Positions 24,369 through 37,361 of a stretch of DNA of 64,000 nucleotides are shown piece after piece. The first letter of the stretch is position 1; the number at the start of each line of letters is the position of its first letter. The position numbers and the translations under genes were made by a program. Source of the stretch: Lytechinus pictus (Eukaryota); contig NC_087250.1 of assembly GCF_037042905.1 (NCBI RefSeq), positions 3,970,001 through 4,034,000 of the forward strand. The letters run 5' to 3'. The notes beneath the pieces are model-generated. The model ran no database searches and was not told the origin of the DNA. It was given only the letters and a program-made list of their open reading frames with translations.

Positions 24369-25705
24369 TTAAATTAAAGAATCTGAAGTCAGTGCATTGC
24401 ACCCAGCTGCCACCATTTGGCATTTGGCAAAAGTTGTTTTCATGGACATGGTGGACAGGCCACATGATAATGATGTCATGCATGCATGGGATTGACATAA
24501 TATACATACGTGTGCATTTAGGTCTATTCATAATATGAGATAGGGCTCATTTTCATGGATGCATTGCATGGGATGAATATTCACAGGGGTAACTACAGCT
24601 AATTTTTCCCTTTATGATATACTAGTAATGACAAAGAGCGCAAAAAAAAGGGGAAAAATAGAATGAGTGAAGTAAAGGAAGAGGAAGAAGATTTTGAAAT
24701 TACGAAGAAGGTCAAAGAACAAGAAAAGAGGAAGAGGAGGGAGAATGATAATAATAATAACTTAATAGCGCTTTTCATGAAATCCATATCAAAGCGCTTT
24801 ACAATGTAGAACATACAAAATATACAAACAAAAGTGAAATTAGAAATCATATCAAAAACAAAAAAAAATTAAAAAATTAAAATAAAAAAGGAACGGATAT
24901 TGAGGGTATGAATTAATTCTCAACCCTTTGATTCAACTTTATAGCCAAAATTTGTTTTCTTTCGTGTCATTGTTCTGTGAAAACTGCTTCTCACTTACAT
25001 TAGCAGTGATGATACGTACATGTATGTTTACCCAGTTGTTGTGTGTCCGGACAATCAGTTTTAAAACAGACATGGAAAAGTTAACAAGTGACGTCTCATC
25101 ATCTTTTAGTACAAAAAGTTTGGCAATTATAGAGAACAAAATTGAAGAAGATGATACAACTATGGAATTCATATTTTTGTGTAATCCAGACGAAAAAGAA
25201 GGCTTTGAAATAGTAATTCCCCCCCCCAGGCCTAGTTCAATTCAATTCAACATGGTTTATTAAAAATACTTTCATTTCGGCAAAAGCCGAATTGCAAAAG
25301 TTTACATTTCAAACAAAATCATCAGTAACAAGGTAAAAATAAATGTGTACTACGAACAAATATCAATATAGACATATAAACAAAGTACAATGTATATTTA
25401 TCATAGATAAATTTAAATCGATACTCATTGATCAAATGGGAAAATATGCAAAATACATATATACCTTAAATATGTGTTACCATGATCATTTTAGATTTTC
25501 TTTATTCACCCAGAGCATTGTTTACTCATCTAGAGCCCCTAAGACTTTGTTTGAACAGTGAGCTGATTTGATCACTTGGTTTGAGACTGTCCCAGTGAGT
25601 CACAATACTCACAATAGGCGTACCGCATACAGTGTTTGGAAGATAGACCAATATTAAATTCATCTTAAAGATTAACCAAGTTGTTGGAGTAATTTTTACC
25701 TTTTA

Positions 25706-25960
25706 CTGTGGTCCAGTGGTTAGAGCATTGGACTCATAATCGCAAGGTTGTGAGTACGAATCCCAACTCTGCCATTGTCTCCACTTTGATAAAAGGCCTG
25801 AGAGTGATATCTGTCGTCTATAAGGTCAGCCACTATGACGGATTAACCTAGACGTAAAATGTTTCCTAGATAATTGGTAATATATACCAGCTGGGCATTT
25901 ACCAGCAAAATGCTGTCCTGCCGAGTTCCTACGGGAGTTAGATGTACCAGAAACAGAAAC
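25706..25960 (+). mobile_element. tRNA-derived SINE (third family; 3' end approximate)
   Basis: TGGTCCAGTGGTTAGAGC A-box and degenerate B-box GAGTACGAATCCC. Confidence 0.65.
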
Positions 25961-26299
25961 AATGACTCAAAATCGAAAATGATGTCTTCTTTCAATGTCA
26001 TCATATTCTCCTTATGCCATTTCATAATACAATTAATTTTATTTAAACTTTTCAGTGAATTAAAATGTAGCTTGATGAATGAGGTGGCAAATGACACCCT
26101 ATACATGTACATGTAGTAATGTGGTCCAGCCATCAGCCATGCATTATGGCTGGGCAATGTGTCAGCGTATCATCAGGTTTTATTACATTTAAATGTACAT
26201 CTGGGACTGACCCTTAGTATCTCTCCCTGGAAGATTCTGACCATTGTGACCATTGCTACAACTGTGTATAATACAGTACATGTACATGCACATGTACTA

Positions 26300-26735
26300 C
26301 AGACCTGCCAACCAGTACGTTTTAGCCGTATTTAGTACGTTTTTGCAACCTAAATACAGCAGTACGTTTTTTCTTTGAAAAATATGTTTTTTGTATAAAA
26401 AAATATAAAAAATCGTAATTTATTGAGAAAAATAATCTCTGTATGTCTCTATTTCATAAAACGTACCCAAATATGGTTATAAGATCAATGTAATTTCAGG
26501 TAACTTGTTTTTTTTCAATCATTTTGTTAAAACCAGGGTGAAGATATACACATGTTTTAAATGTTTGTTTTTTTCATCTGCAAGAGCAGTGCGAATTTTA
26601 GCTTGCATGCAGCTTGAGCGCCGCGATGAGCGAGTGCGCCAAGCATTTTATTATGAAATACACTTTTGGGGGGGGAAAATACAGGTTTTTTTTTCACAGA
26701 ATACAGTTTTTCATCCCCAGAGGTTGGCAGGTCTG
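26300..26735. mobile_element. MITE with 14-bp TIR and 6-bp TSD
   Basis: gtacta|CAGACCTGCCAACC...GGTTGGCAGGTCTG|gtacta. Confidence 0.92.
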
Positions 26736-27681
26736 GTACTAGCCATTGGCAGAAATTCACAAAGAAAAAGGTTTATGGATGAGGAGGGGATATATCATGG
26801 AACATGTATGTAATGCAGTTTCATATTTGGCTCAGTTCCAGCCATATAATTCACTTCATACAAAGGTCTATTGGTGCATGCTTTTGGCAAATATTGCTAA
26901 ATGTCTTGAAGTGTAATTTTTCAAGAATCCTGCGTACGGTATTCTGTGGGTAGTACCCCTTGATAACCTCTTCCATCTGAGTGGAAACCTATTTTGTGAA
27001 ATGAGGGAAGAACATGTATGTTTAGATTGATTTTGTACCATTTTATCTTTTTAAATAATAATATACAAATATACCAGGCTTTGAGTATTATAGTATAGCA
27101 GGAATGTGTCCGAGGTTGGACTGGCAAAATAGTAATATTGCCAGTACTTACTACCGAGCCTACAGAGGATGAATAATTATCTATACATGTACCTGGTATA
27201 TTTATCCTACATTTAATAAGTTAGAGCAATACAAATACAACTTACAGTGATAAATATTCAATAAAATGGTTCACTTTTGTATCGTAAAGAAAGGGGGAAT
27301 CTTGAAAGAATTTTGCATGACTATGAAGACAACATGATTCGTCAATGTACTATCCATGTCTTCTTGATCTCTATATTTTATTTGTTTCTTTCTCTTTTTG
27401 CTTGAATGTCCTGCTATTATACCAGTCGAAAGCAAATATCTTTGTGATTTTGATGCGAAGACAAAATAAAATGCCTTGATGACGATGATGATGGGTTCTT
27501 ATAGCGCTGGTATCCGCCTCAGGTGGGCGCTCATGGTGCTTGCTCAAAAATAGGAAATATCTTACAGATTTCAATGTCTTCAAACAGTGCTTTTAATAGA
27601 ATAATAATTCAGTTCAAATACTGTCCTAGTAATGTTACAATTGAGTTATTCTTCACTGTCTTGTGTATATTCAATCTAGGT

Positions 27682-27864
27682 ATGGTGGTGGAGGTAGAAC
27701 CGGACCTTCCCCACAGTCACTGCGATAGCTGCTACAACCGTGACTGCCAGGTCTCCCCGCAGCCCGGCAATGCTTGTTCTCTCATCAACTGTGAGGTCGA
27801 TTGTGGCGCAAGGTTCCATCGATGCAAGGAGGAAGAACATCGTCTACTCTGCCCATACACAAAG
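27682..27864 (+). CDS. FBXO30: FBXO30/FBXO40-family F-box protein, coding exon 1 (N-terminal Cys/His-rich region)
   Basis: Junctions ctag|GTATG and ACAAAG|gtaagt. Encodes MVVEVEPDLPHSHCDSCYNRDC...CGARFHRCKEEEHRLLCPYTK. Confidence 0.92.
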
Positions 27865-28133
27865 GTAAGTTTTACGGTACCAGCTACACTATCAGTCACA
27901 AAATTTCCTGACAAATGTAGTCTTGATACAAATGTAAAGCCTACAATAATAAATGTATACCGGTACTAATTAGTGTTTAATTTACTATTAAAATGCCCCA
28001 ACTTCATGGAAAGACCTATGTACTTGTAGATTTTACTATCTCCACTTCTTGAGGAGCACTCCAGCAAGAGTTCAACATACTACAATGATACATGTACTGT
28101 ATGTACTTAATCGTTTTTTTCCCCCACTCTTAG

Positions 28134-28295
28134 ACTCAGTGTGTGAACGCTATATATGGCTGCCCAGTGGAGATCCAAAGACGTCATATATGTCGCCATC
28201 TGGAGGTGTGTCCAGCCAGTGTGGTTAATTGTACTATGGAATGGAATAGGTGGCCTGTTTACGCAAGCGAAAGACAGCCCCAACAACCGCTACAG
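28134..28295 (+). CDS. FBXO30: F-box protein coding exon 2 (TRAF-type zinc finger)
   Basis: Junctions cttag|ACT and CTACAG|gtacgt. Encodes TQCVNAIYGCPVEIQRRHICRHLEVCPASVVNCTMEWNRWP, carrying the family motif CPASVV.C.MEWNRWP. Confidence 0.93.
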
Positions 28296-29369
28296 GTACG
28301 TCCATGCCGCTTGCTAAATTTTATTGTATTCCGGAAGCAATGGTTTTAATAGAATCTGGCCCATATTTGAAGTCACGATTAGTTAAATGCCTGGTCCCAC
28401 TGGCCGACAGACACAAAACGTATTCATAACAGCTACAGCGGACAAGCAAAATTTTGGGGTGGCTCCATCTGTTTTCATCCACTCCAGACAATGAACAATG
28501 AAATCACAGTGGACGGATGCTTGATGGATCTAAAGAGTGCATGAAACACGTATGCAAAGAGTACCCAACGGATACATAAAGTTTTCCAACGGATGGCAAT
28601 ATTCTTTTCCGTTTTGCATCCTCTCTGCATCCATAAGTGCAGTGGGACTGGCCTTTAACCATGGTCTAAAAATCAGTACAAAAATTATAAGAACGCAAAC
28701 CGGAGTTAAGGACCCAGGCCTTTATCACTACAAGTAGCCCATTGTTTTATATCCTGTTGCCATGCCATCCATCGAATGAAGAGTTTTTTTTTATTTTCTT
28801 TTTTAAGTTTGTGATATCATATGTGAGCAGCTTAATGGAACATGGTAAATTAAAATATTTTTCTTAAAAATACATGTACTTTATGTACTTTATTTTTTTT
28901 CCTTTTTTTTATTTTTAATAAAATGATATTCTATAAAAATTTACATCACACAATACGTATATATAGAGGAGCTGTTCTTCTGTGATAACTCTGTCCATTC
29001 TCTCATACTCTGACGGATTTTATCAAAACTTCAAAATTTTTCTCTTATTATTATTTTTTTATTAAAAATCAACCTGCAGACATTACATGCTCTGCTTTTT
29101 ATGCAGGTTCCTTCATATTTCACTTTATTTACTGCCATTATCTTTTGTATTTTGTATTTTGTATGTAATAAAATGTTTTTCTGTATTATGTTATTATTTT
29201 GTTATCTTGTGAAGTATGAAAATAAATTCAATTCAATTCAACTTATTATTAGGGGGAACTTCCCCATTAGACATATAACCTTTCTGTTATGTCAGTGAAG
29301 TCAGGCATGTTGGGTAATGGTGTAGAATACCAATATCTATATGTATTTCCCCATTATACCCCTTTACAG

Positions 29370-29582
29370 GTAGTACCTGATAACTACAATCAGCTGGACA
29401 TAGCTCTGGCGCTTCGGGATCAACGCATGTTGACAAAGTCTATGAAGGCATCAAAACGCACCCGTCAGATCCTAACCAACGCCCTCAATCGTCGTCATCC
29501 TGCGGTGCCCCTGTCGGCGCAGCACACGAACGACGTTCCAGATTCGGAAGAGGAGCAGAGGGAGCTTGTCAATTTACTTCAG
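29370..29582 (+). CDS. FBXO30: F-box protein coding exon 3
   Basis: Junctions ttacag|GTA and CTTCAG|gttaat. Contains QLDIALALRDQRML. 213 nt, phase 0. Confidence 0.9.
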
Positions 29583-30090
29583 GTTAATACTTCTTTAAAT
29601 ATAAAATGCTGGTTATGATAGCAATTTCAAAATGAGTTACAACAGGATCCAATATAATCACCACACAATTCAGGGGAACAGTTTCGAACGTGGGGGTTGG
29701 GGTGGGCTGGACATAGAAGAAATCACAATCAGGTGATTTTGTATGGTTTTAGAAAACCAAAGGCCAGTTCTGCGGTCCTTTCAGTTGTGCCAAATGATTC
29801 TTTTAGAAAATTTTCATTTGCTGAGCAATGAGGAAACCAAGCATGGCAAATTCCAAAGTCTCCTGGGATTGAAGCACCTAGTTATGAAATTATTTTTTTT
29901 TTTTGGGTCATGCCATGGATTCTTATATTATGTACTCAAAAGAGAATTTATAAAAAAGAAAATATTTGATATTTCAAGATCTCTATGAAAGTCAACAGTC
30001 CTGATGCATTGTATTGCATAAAGTACACAAGACTTCCAGAGATGTTTCACATCTTTATGTATTTTTTAAAATTCGTTTTCAAATATTCAG

Positions 30091-30501
30091 GTTATGCAGG
30101 ATGAGAAGGAAGCAGCCGATCGGCAGAGAGCTCGGACCCCGCCCGGTCTGCAACGCAGCATATGCAACGAGCTTTACCGAAAAAATCACGAAAGCAACGG
30201 CACCGTTGCTGAACCTACCTCCCAGGAGCCTTTGCCTCTCCCCAAAGACCCCTTCATCCATTGCTCCCACTGCGCCCGGCGCAGGGAACGGCTTGACCGC
30301 GTCATCGCTTCCAAAGCGGCCATCCATGATCCGTACAATTATGATTTGGATGAAGAAGACGATCCCTCGGTGGGCGATTACGCTATGACACCCCTACCTG
30401 AGCACCAGAATGGATTCATCCACGAGGGGGATGGGTGCCCCAATGGACTGGACCATCGTGAAGGGAGGGAGGATGGGGTATTTCATGAGGGACCACCTGA
30501 G
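30091..30501 (+). CDS. FBXO30: F-box protein coding exon 4
   Basis: Junctions attcag|GTT (or in-frame gcag| at 30100) and CCTGAG|gtaaat. GC-rich open frame VMQDEKEAAD...PPGLQRSICNELYR...GPPE. Confidence 0.8.
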
Positions 30502-30824
30502 GTAAATATGACCAGCTCAATGTCTTGTTAATATTCTCATTTCACATCATGAAGTGGTATATATATAAATGTGTATCACATTAAAAAGAATTATTTCCCT
30601 ACTATAAATGTACAAGGGTATTCTAAAATAAATGATTGGTCAGTTATTGCTCACAAGAAAAAAAAAAGTGTTTTTTTTTCCAAAGGAATGGTCAATTTTA
30701 TAGTTTGAAAACTGTTCAAAATTCTTGCGAAGTCACAGAGGCACACAGATGTAATAGCACATAATGGCACATAATTTAGATTCCACTGGGCATGATGGGT
30801 GACAAATTTGGTCCAGAATGGGAA

Positions 30825-31108
30825 TGTGGGGGCGTCATCTATTGGTTTTTTATTGGTCTTTCAATCTGAAGGACGTGGGTTCGATCCCAAGCCATGGCAT
30901 AATATTTTTCTTCAGCAAGAAATTTACCCACATTGTGCTGCACTCAAGCCAGGTGAGATTAACGGGTACCTGCAGGAAGTAATTCCTCAAAAAGCTGTGA
31001 GCACCGGAATCGGTAGACTAGCTTAGCCGGGGTAATATATCGGCTTGAGCCCCTAACAAGGTGGATACTGTACGTGCCCAATATGAATCCTATATTATTA
31101 TTATTATT
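30825..31108 (+). mobile_element. tRNA-derived SINE, same family as 5089-5500
   Basis: B-box GGTTCGATCCC, shared body and (TAT)n tail. Confidence 0.85.
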
Positions 31109-31238
31109 AATGTTGGACCAACTACAATTACAATAAACAAGAACTATAACACCATATAATACCATCTCCTAGTAGACCAAGTGAATATAATCTTGATGGG
31201 TATTTTGTGGGGCATGTTGCATAAAGAGTTGCTTTGAG

Positions 31239-31952
31239 CCCTAAAATGGCCGGGGGGGGGTTGAATCAACCCCCCCCCTCAACATTTTCTGCGATCATTC
31301 CGCCGTGCGAAATTTTTTGACCGCGCCACTCGCAGAGTTTATACTTTTAAGTCTCGCGCATCTTTTGAGACCAAATTTACGACGCCCGGGTACGCGATTC
31401 TGAAATTACGCAACATTTTGTAAGTGCATGTCAGACCAAAAATTGTTCCGAAACGTGATTTTGTGTACAAAGTCAATGCAAATTGAGTTTTCTCATCTTA
31501 TTCATAAAGATATGATAATTTTTACTTTAAACTGATGAAAGCAATTGATTTTAGCATAATTATGCTTCAATAAGGTTGTGCAATAAATCTGGTGAAAAAA
31601 ACAAAGAAAAACAAAAGGTTGAAAAACAAAGAAATACATAAGAAATTCATAAAACAATAAAATACATAAGAAATTGATTTCCAAACCAAAGTTTTTTTCA
31701 ATTGCCATTGTTAAGAATGCTACAAAGAATATTTTTACCAAAAATTAGCATTCTAGGAGCTTTATTTAGTGAATTAGAGCAAAAAGTATGATTTATGCAT
31801 AAATTAGTATAATTAATTCATATGAAATAAAATCTCATTATTTTGGAAAATTTTTGCGGCGCTCGCGCGATCGGCGGCCGAGATCTCAGGGGGGGGGGTT
31901 GAATCAACCCCCCTGGCCACAGAACAGCCAAAAAAGCCCGGCCTAGTTAGGG
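31239..31952. mobile_element. piggyBac-like non-autonomous element nested in an older MITE (~31209-32065)
   Basis: Ends CCGGCCTAGTTAGGG|ttaa. Outer arms GCATAAAGAGTTGC / GCAACTCTTTCTAC. Confidence 0.75.
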
Positions 31953-32126
31953 TTAAACTCAGGTCGAAGTTATCAAGCGCAAGTTCCGCTTTACTTTGCT
32001 TGAGATTGAAGTTGCGTGTGATTTTTAGAGTCTGGTTTGATCGCAACTCTTTCTACAGCAGACCCATTGTGATGCTACTGTATGCCCCACCCCTCATTGC
32101 AATTTGATTGTTGAATAATTTTTTAG

Positions 32127-32432
32127 GCGGACAGACCGTCGTCGCTGAACTCCACATTCTCCAGCGAAGAATCCGAGGTCCAGACGCCAGCTGTCTTCGT
32201 CACCCAGTCCACCACCGGTGACGTCTCCGCAGCGCCAACCAGAGGCCATTCAAAGCCAATCATCATCCAGCCGCCAGCGCTGTCATCATCAACGAACAAG
32301 ATTCACAGGTTGTCTTCATCGTCAAACGGGTCACTAGATAGCAAACAGTCGTTGAGTCTTGATCTCTCATTGGAGTCTATTACTCGATACCAAGCCAAAC
32401 CAGATTCCATGTACACATTCTTGTGTGCACAG
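32127..32432 (+). CDS. FBXO30: F-box protein coding exon 5
   Basis: Junctions ttttag|GCG and GCACAG|gtatgt. 306 nt. Ends LSLDLSLESITRYQAKPDSMYTFLCAQ. Confidence 0.88.
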
Positions 32433-32671
32433 GTATGTTGTTTGATAAGAAATAGAGAGAACTTAACTGCTCCATGTTTACCATACAGTAACTTGTAGTG
32501 TTGATGATCAAGACTGGTGAATTACTGGAAAAAACAGTAGATAAGAAGGAACCCAATGAAGTCCACATATATTTATGTTTCATGGAGTGTGATCTATGTA
32601 CATGTACTCCCCCTTTGCTACCTATCAATCTTAAAGATAATGAAACACTAAATTTTCTCTGGTATTTCTAG

Positions 32672-33613
32672 GAATTCCGTCGGGATGAGTATCCTTACCA
32701 CTTCCAGAATGTCCACAGTGATATCCACGGCGGGTTGAACGGTTGGATGGAGCAACGGTGTCCGCTAGCCCCCTATGGCTGCACCTACTCACAACGGCGT
32801 CTCTACCCAGGAACTCAAGGAGCTCACATCATCCACAGCGAGAATCTGGAAAGCTTTGGTCTGTGCCTTGAAGAATCCCAGCGTGAGAAACCGGAGGTCT
32901 CAGGAAGTTGCGCCGATACCAGCCTATCTGGAAATCCTGATGGCCGGACTGGTGACGGAGACGCCCAGGAAGGTGAGGATCAAGGAGAACACTACAAATA
33001 TCCTAAGCTTGATGCAGATGCAGCTTCAAAGTCATCAGAATGTACAGATATGGGTTCTGAACATGGTGATGATAAAAGGACAAACTGCGATGCTCATAAA
33101 GCTGATAGCAATAATGATAGCCTTCACAAAAACAGTACAAAATCTAAGTGCAATGCCTTCCAAGATGGGATCAATGCCAAACCAAAGGATGTTTCAATGG
33201 AAAGTGAGCTCTGTGTTGACCGAGGATCAAGTGTAGAGTATGTCTCTGATGTATCAAGTATGGACCAAAGCGATGATACAGATAGAGGAACTTCCCATGA
33301 GGTCAAAGGTGGGCAACGGGATAAGAGCAGTACTGAGGACTCCTCACAAGAAGCATTAGAGGTCGATATGACGTCCGACAGTAAGGTTAATAATACAGAG
33401 TCAGTGTCGAAGGACATGGGAACTGACTATCTCAGCCAACTGCCGTTTGAACTGCTGCGTTACTTGTTAAGGTTCTTGGACTGTTTTACAATCAACCACC
33501 TTGCAATGGCTTCGAAGCTCTTGAGACAGGTCTGCTGTAGTCTTCTTGAGGAACGTGGGATGGTGGTCCTGCAATGGGAGAAGCATAAAGGACACTGGGA
33601 CACAACCATGAAG
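32672..33613 (+). CDS. FBXO30: F-box protein coding exon 6 (conserved HF.NVH.DIH.GLNGW block, acidic linker, F-box)
   Basis: Junctions ttctag|GAA and ATGAAG|gtaagc. Encodes EFRRDEYPYHFQNVHSDIHGGLNGWMEQRCPLAPYGCTYSQRR and the F-box LSQLPFELLRYLLRFLD...RGMVVLQWEK. Confidence 0.95.
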
Positions 33614-34045
33614 GTAAGCTGATCTGTCACTCTTGACAATACATTGTAGCTTCCCATTTTCAGAAATCAATGTTCAGGTGAGACTTGTATTCTGGCAAGG
33701 CCAACAAAAATCTGTCATTCTTATTGGCATAAAGATAGATAATCCAAGAAAACATTGATATTTAAATTATTATGCTTTAGCGGTTATTTCCTTGACTTGA
33801 AACGAAGAAAAATCAAGTCAGCTTTAAGATTGAGTTGTAGTGCATTGCGATTGAAGCAAAAGTTCATTGACTTTCCCCAAGACTCCTTGCTTAACCTGAT
33901 ATGCTCTTCTTTATATTTTTTTCCTTGGAAGCATGTGTCAAAGAAACCTGTCCATCAAGACCACCTTGTAAGATTGCTTTTCTTTGCTCCCTCGAGTGCA
34001 CTTTATGTAGGTTTCACTGTACTTTGTCTTGTCCATTTTGTCCAG

Positions 34046-34303
34046 GTGTGGCACTTTAGCACGGCCTTCACTCCGGTCAAGTCCTGGGGCTTCCAAGACA
34101 ACCCTCCCATCGCTGAGCACCTCAAACGATGTCCTTACAATGTCCGCAACACAGCCACTCAACCAGTCAGGGTCATGGGTCATGATGTGCCAAAGATCAA
34201 GCTGGAATCTGCCAACGATCCCCAGAGACAGAGGGAAGCCGAGGCTGTCCAGGCCTGGCGACCTCGACACAGGAGGCTTCTGGATCATGATGACGGTTGG
34301 TAA
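34046..34303 (+). CDS. FBXO30: F-box protein terminal coding exon
   Basis: Acceptor gtccag|GTG. Encodes VWHFSTAFTPVKSWGFQDNPPIAEHLKRCPYN...DDGW then TAA. Confidence 0.92.
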   Translation: MWHFSTAFTPVKSWGFQDNPPIAEHLKRCPYNVRNTATQPVRVMGHDVPKIKLESANDPQRQREAEAVQAWRPRHRRLLDHDDGW

Positions 34304-34970
34304 TACTTGTGATTGGTCTTCTGTGTCTTGGGTCAAGCTTGCATTGTCATTGACCTGGAGAGAGAGTGGGAGGAGTAAGTTGGTCAGGCCTGGCGACCTC
34401 CACACAGGAGGCTTCTGGATCATGATGACGATTGATAATACTTGTGATTTGTCTACTATGTCTTAGGTCAAGGTTGCCTTGGCCAATCACCCTGAGAGAG
34501 ATGCTGTGTCAGTCAGGCAACCTTTGTGCAGAGGACTGTTCATTGTGATGATACTTGTCATTGATCTCCTGTTTCATGGGGCAAACTTGCCTTGGTCGAT
34601 GACCCTGAGAGAGTGAAATGTACATAGTTGGTCAAGGCACAGCAATCTATTTACAAAAGGCTGATCATGAAGATGATTGATAATACTTTTGATTGGCCTT
34701 CTGTTCATGGATTAAGTCTACATTGTCCAATGACCCTGAGAGAGAGAGAAGCCGAGTTGATCGAGGCCCAACAATCTATGTACAAAAGACTGATCATAAC
34801 GATGATTGGTAATACTTCTGACTGACCTCCTGTCTCATGGGTGTAGCTTACGTTGGTCAATGACCCTAAGAGAGGGAGAGGCGCTATGTTGGTCAAGGAG
34901 CAGGGACCTATGTGCAGAAGACTGATCATGTTGACGCTTTCAAAACCTTGTGACTGGTCAATGATCTCTC
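34185..34970 (+). repeat. Decaying ~130-bp tandem repeat (~6 units) spanning the F-box stop codon and 3' UTR
   Basis: AGGCCTGGCGACCTC.ACACAGGAGGCTTCTGGATCATGATGACG occurs twice. CCCTGAGAGAG-like landmarks at ~34222, 34355, 34491, 34603, 34735 and 34864. Confidence 0.85.
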
Positions 34971-36391
34971 ATTCGATCATCATGATAGGTAACGTTCTCA
35001 GTGCTATTCTTGTCAACTCATCTTCTCTCTATATTAGGGTGCCATAGCTGGTTAGGATAATGTTCTTCTTACAACTTCAATTCGGCAACTCTTATCTCAA
35101 ATTATAATGATATCCTTGTACTACTCCTCATGTAATCTTGTTCAAATTTTCAACAATAATAGTGGTTATTTCAATGATGTAAATGTATCTAGACAACAGA
35201 GGTGTTCTAATGGATCATGAAAATTAATCATGATCATTTTATCAAATTGGCAACTCCTTTCTGATATTGAATTGTGTTATTGATAATACTCCTAATATCA
35301 TGCACACTTTGAAAATTGGCAATGCTAAGAGTGACACTTTAAAAATTGGCAATGCTAAGAGTGACTTGTGTACATGTTTTTCACACATTTGATAAGCAGA
35401 GATGCACACACTAACAGATCACTTAAATTAATCATCATCATTTTTTTATTAAACTGGCAACTCCTATGTCAAATTGAATTGTGATCTTTGTAATACAGGT
35501 ACTCCTAATGTTCATGCCCTGCTTTGATATTGGCAACGCTAGATAGGAATACGTGAGATATAGAGACACAGGTGCAGGACACCAAAATTCTAAATTAAAA
35601 AATTGATTCAATGTACGTGTAGTTGATTGTAGCAGTGAAGCGAAAGTGGATGATCTGCCAATTTGAAGAATGAGAAATGATCAAAAAAGGATTTAAATGA
35701 TGAAATGTCCAAATTTAGTGACATTATTTTACAATTGAATACTGTGGCTGACCTTGTCATAATATCCTGGGTTTTTTTTGTGTTTTTTTGTTATTATGAG
35801 CACAGAAAAATTACAGTGCCATGTCAAGTATTAAATCTGTGAATTTACTGTGCATTAATGAATGGATTTTGCATCTGAAATGAAAGATAAATGAAAGTAG
35901 TTGCAGTAAACACTGATTTCACGAGAAAGTCTGTAAAACCAGGCTTAATTGTCACTATATCATCGAGGATCTAGATCTGGTACAGTTACATAAACTGAAC
36001 TTTGTGAAATCTTGAAATTTACGCTGAAAAATGTTCACACTGAAGATCACCAACACAGATAAGCGCACATGGGACAGTGTATTGACGTGTATTAACGCTT
36101 GACCCGAATCCCGTGCTTATTTGCTAATTTCTCAGCAATTACACAATTTCTTCTAGAATCCTTTGGCACATATTTTTTATTCATACAAACAGACACTTTG
36201 GTGGTCATTTCATTGGATTCTGTACGAACTCGTTTTGATATCGTTACCACAACTGGCATTTATCTTTAACATGTATTTGGGTGATGTTTCCCCTTTGGCA
36301 ACAAATCTTCCACGTCTAGGGGTTCCTAAAACAAAGCATAGCTCTCATCGTAGAACATTTTTTTAACGATTGATTGCATTGACTGCAATGT

Positions 36392-36819
36392 CAGACCTGC
36401 CAACCAGTATGTTTTTGGCATATTTAGTACGTTTTTGCAACCAAAATACGGCAGTACGTTTTTTCTTTAAGAAATACGTTTAAAAAAAAAAAAAAAAAAT
36501 TGTAATTTATTGAGAAAATCATCTCTATATGTCTCTATTTCATAAAAATTACACAAATATGGTTATTAGATCAATGTAATTTCAGGTAACTTGGTTTTTT
36601 TTTCAATCATTTTGTTAAAACCAGGGTGAGATATGTATGTTTAAATGTTGTTTTTTTTTCATCTGCAAGAGCACTGCACATTTTAGCTTGCATGCAGCTC
36701 GTGCGCCGCGATGAGCGAGTGCGCCACGCATTTTATTATGAAATACACTTTTTTGGGGAAAAAAACACTTTTTTTCATCACAGAATACAATTTCTCATTC
36801 CCAGAAGTTGGCAGGTCTG
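36392..36819. mobile_element. MITE with 6-bp TSD, nested in an older MITE (~36318-36885)
   Basis: caatgt|CAGACCTGCCAAC...GTTGGCAGGTCTG|caatgt. The host resembles the uninterrupted element at ~17352-17484. Confidence 0.92.
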
Positions 36820-37048
36820 CAATGTGTAATTATTCAAGAAAATCAAGCGTACGATGAATTGCTAACCTTTGTGTTACGGGGTCCTGGTCCGCACTAGTAA
36901 GCCTGCACTTAATATTTAGGGAGATCAGTCACGCCCAGCACTTGTTTATTTTTTTCCTGTTTTTATTTTCAGAACCATATCATTTTGAGCACCGTAATTT
37001 CTTTTCTTTTTAATGAACTTCAGAAATAGACGGATTTACTGGTGTTGT

Positions 37049-37361
37049 GGAGCGTTGTGGCCCAGTGGATTAGTCTCCGGACTTTGAAACAGAGGGTTGT
37101 GGGTTCGAATCCCAGCCATGGCGTAATTCCTTCGGCAAGAAATTTATCCACATTGTGCTGCACTCAACCCAGGTGAGGTGAATGGGTACCTGGCAGGAAT
37201 TTATTCCTTGAAATGCGTGTGCGCTGTAATCTTAGTAATTACGGCTGCCAAGCTACAGCTGGGGTAATAATATCCAAGTCCTTTGGAAGCGCATAGAGAC
37301 ATTATTCATAATCGTGATATGCGCTATACAAGAACTGTTTATTATTATTATTATTATTATC
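37049..37361 (+). mobile_element. tRNA-derived SINE
   Basis: TGGCCCAGTGG A-box, GGTTCGAATCCC B-box, body like 5089, (ATT)n tail. Confidence 0.88.

Noticed and set aside
33755..34045. N-terminal part of the 182-aa ORF
   Set aside because: It is intronic read-through upstream of the acceptor at 34045. Family similarity starts only at VWHFSTAF.
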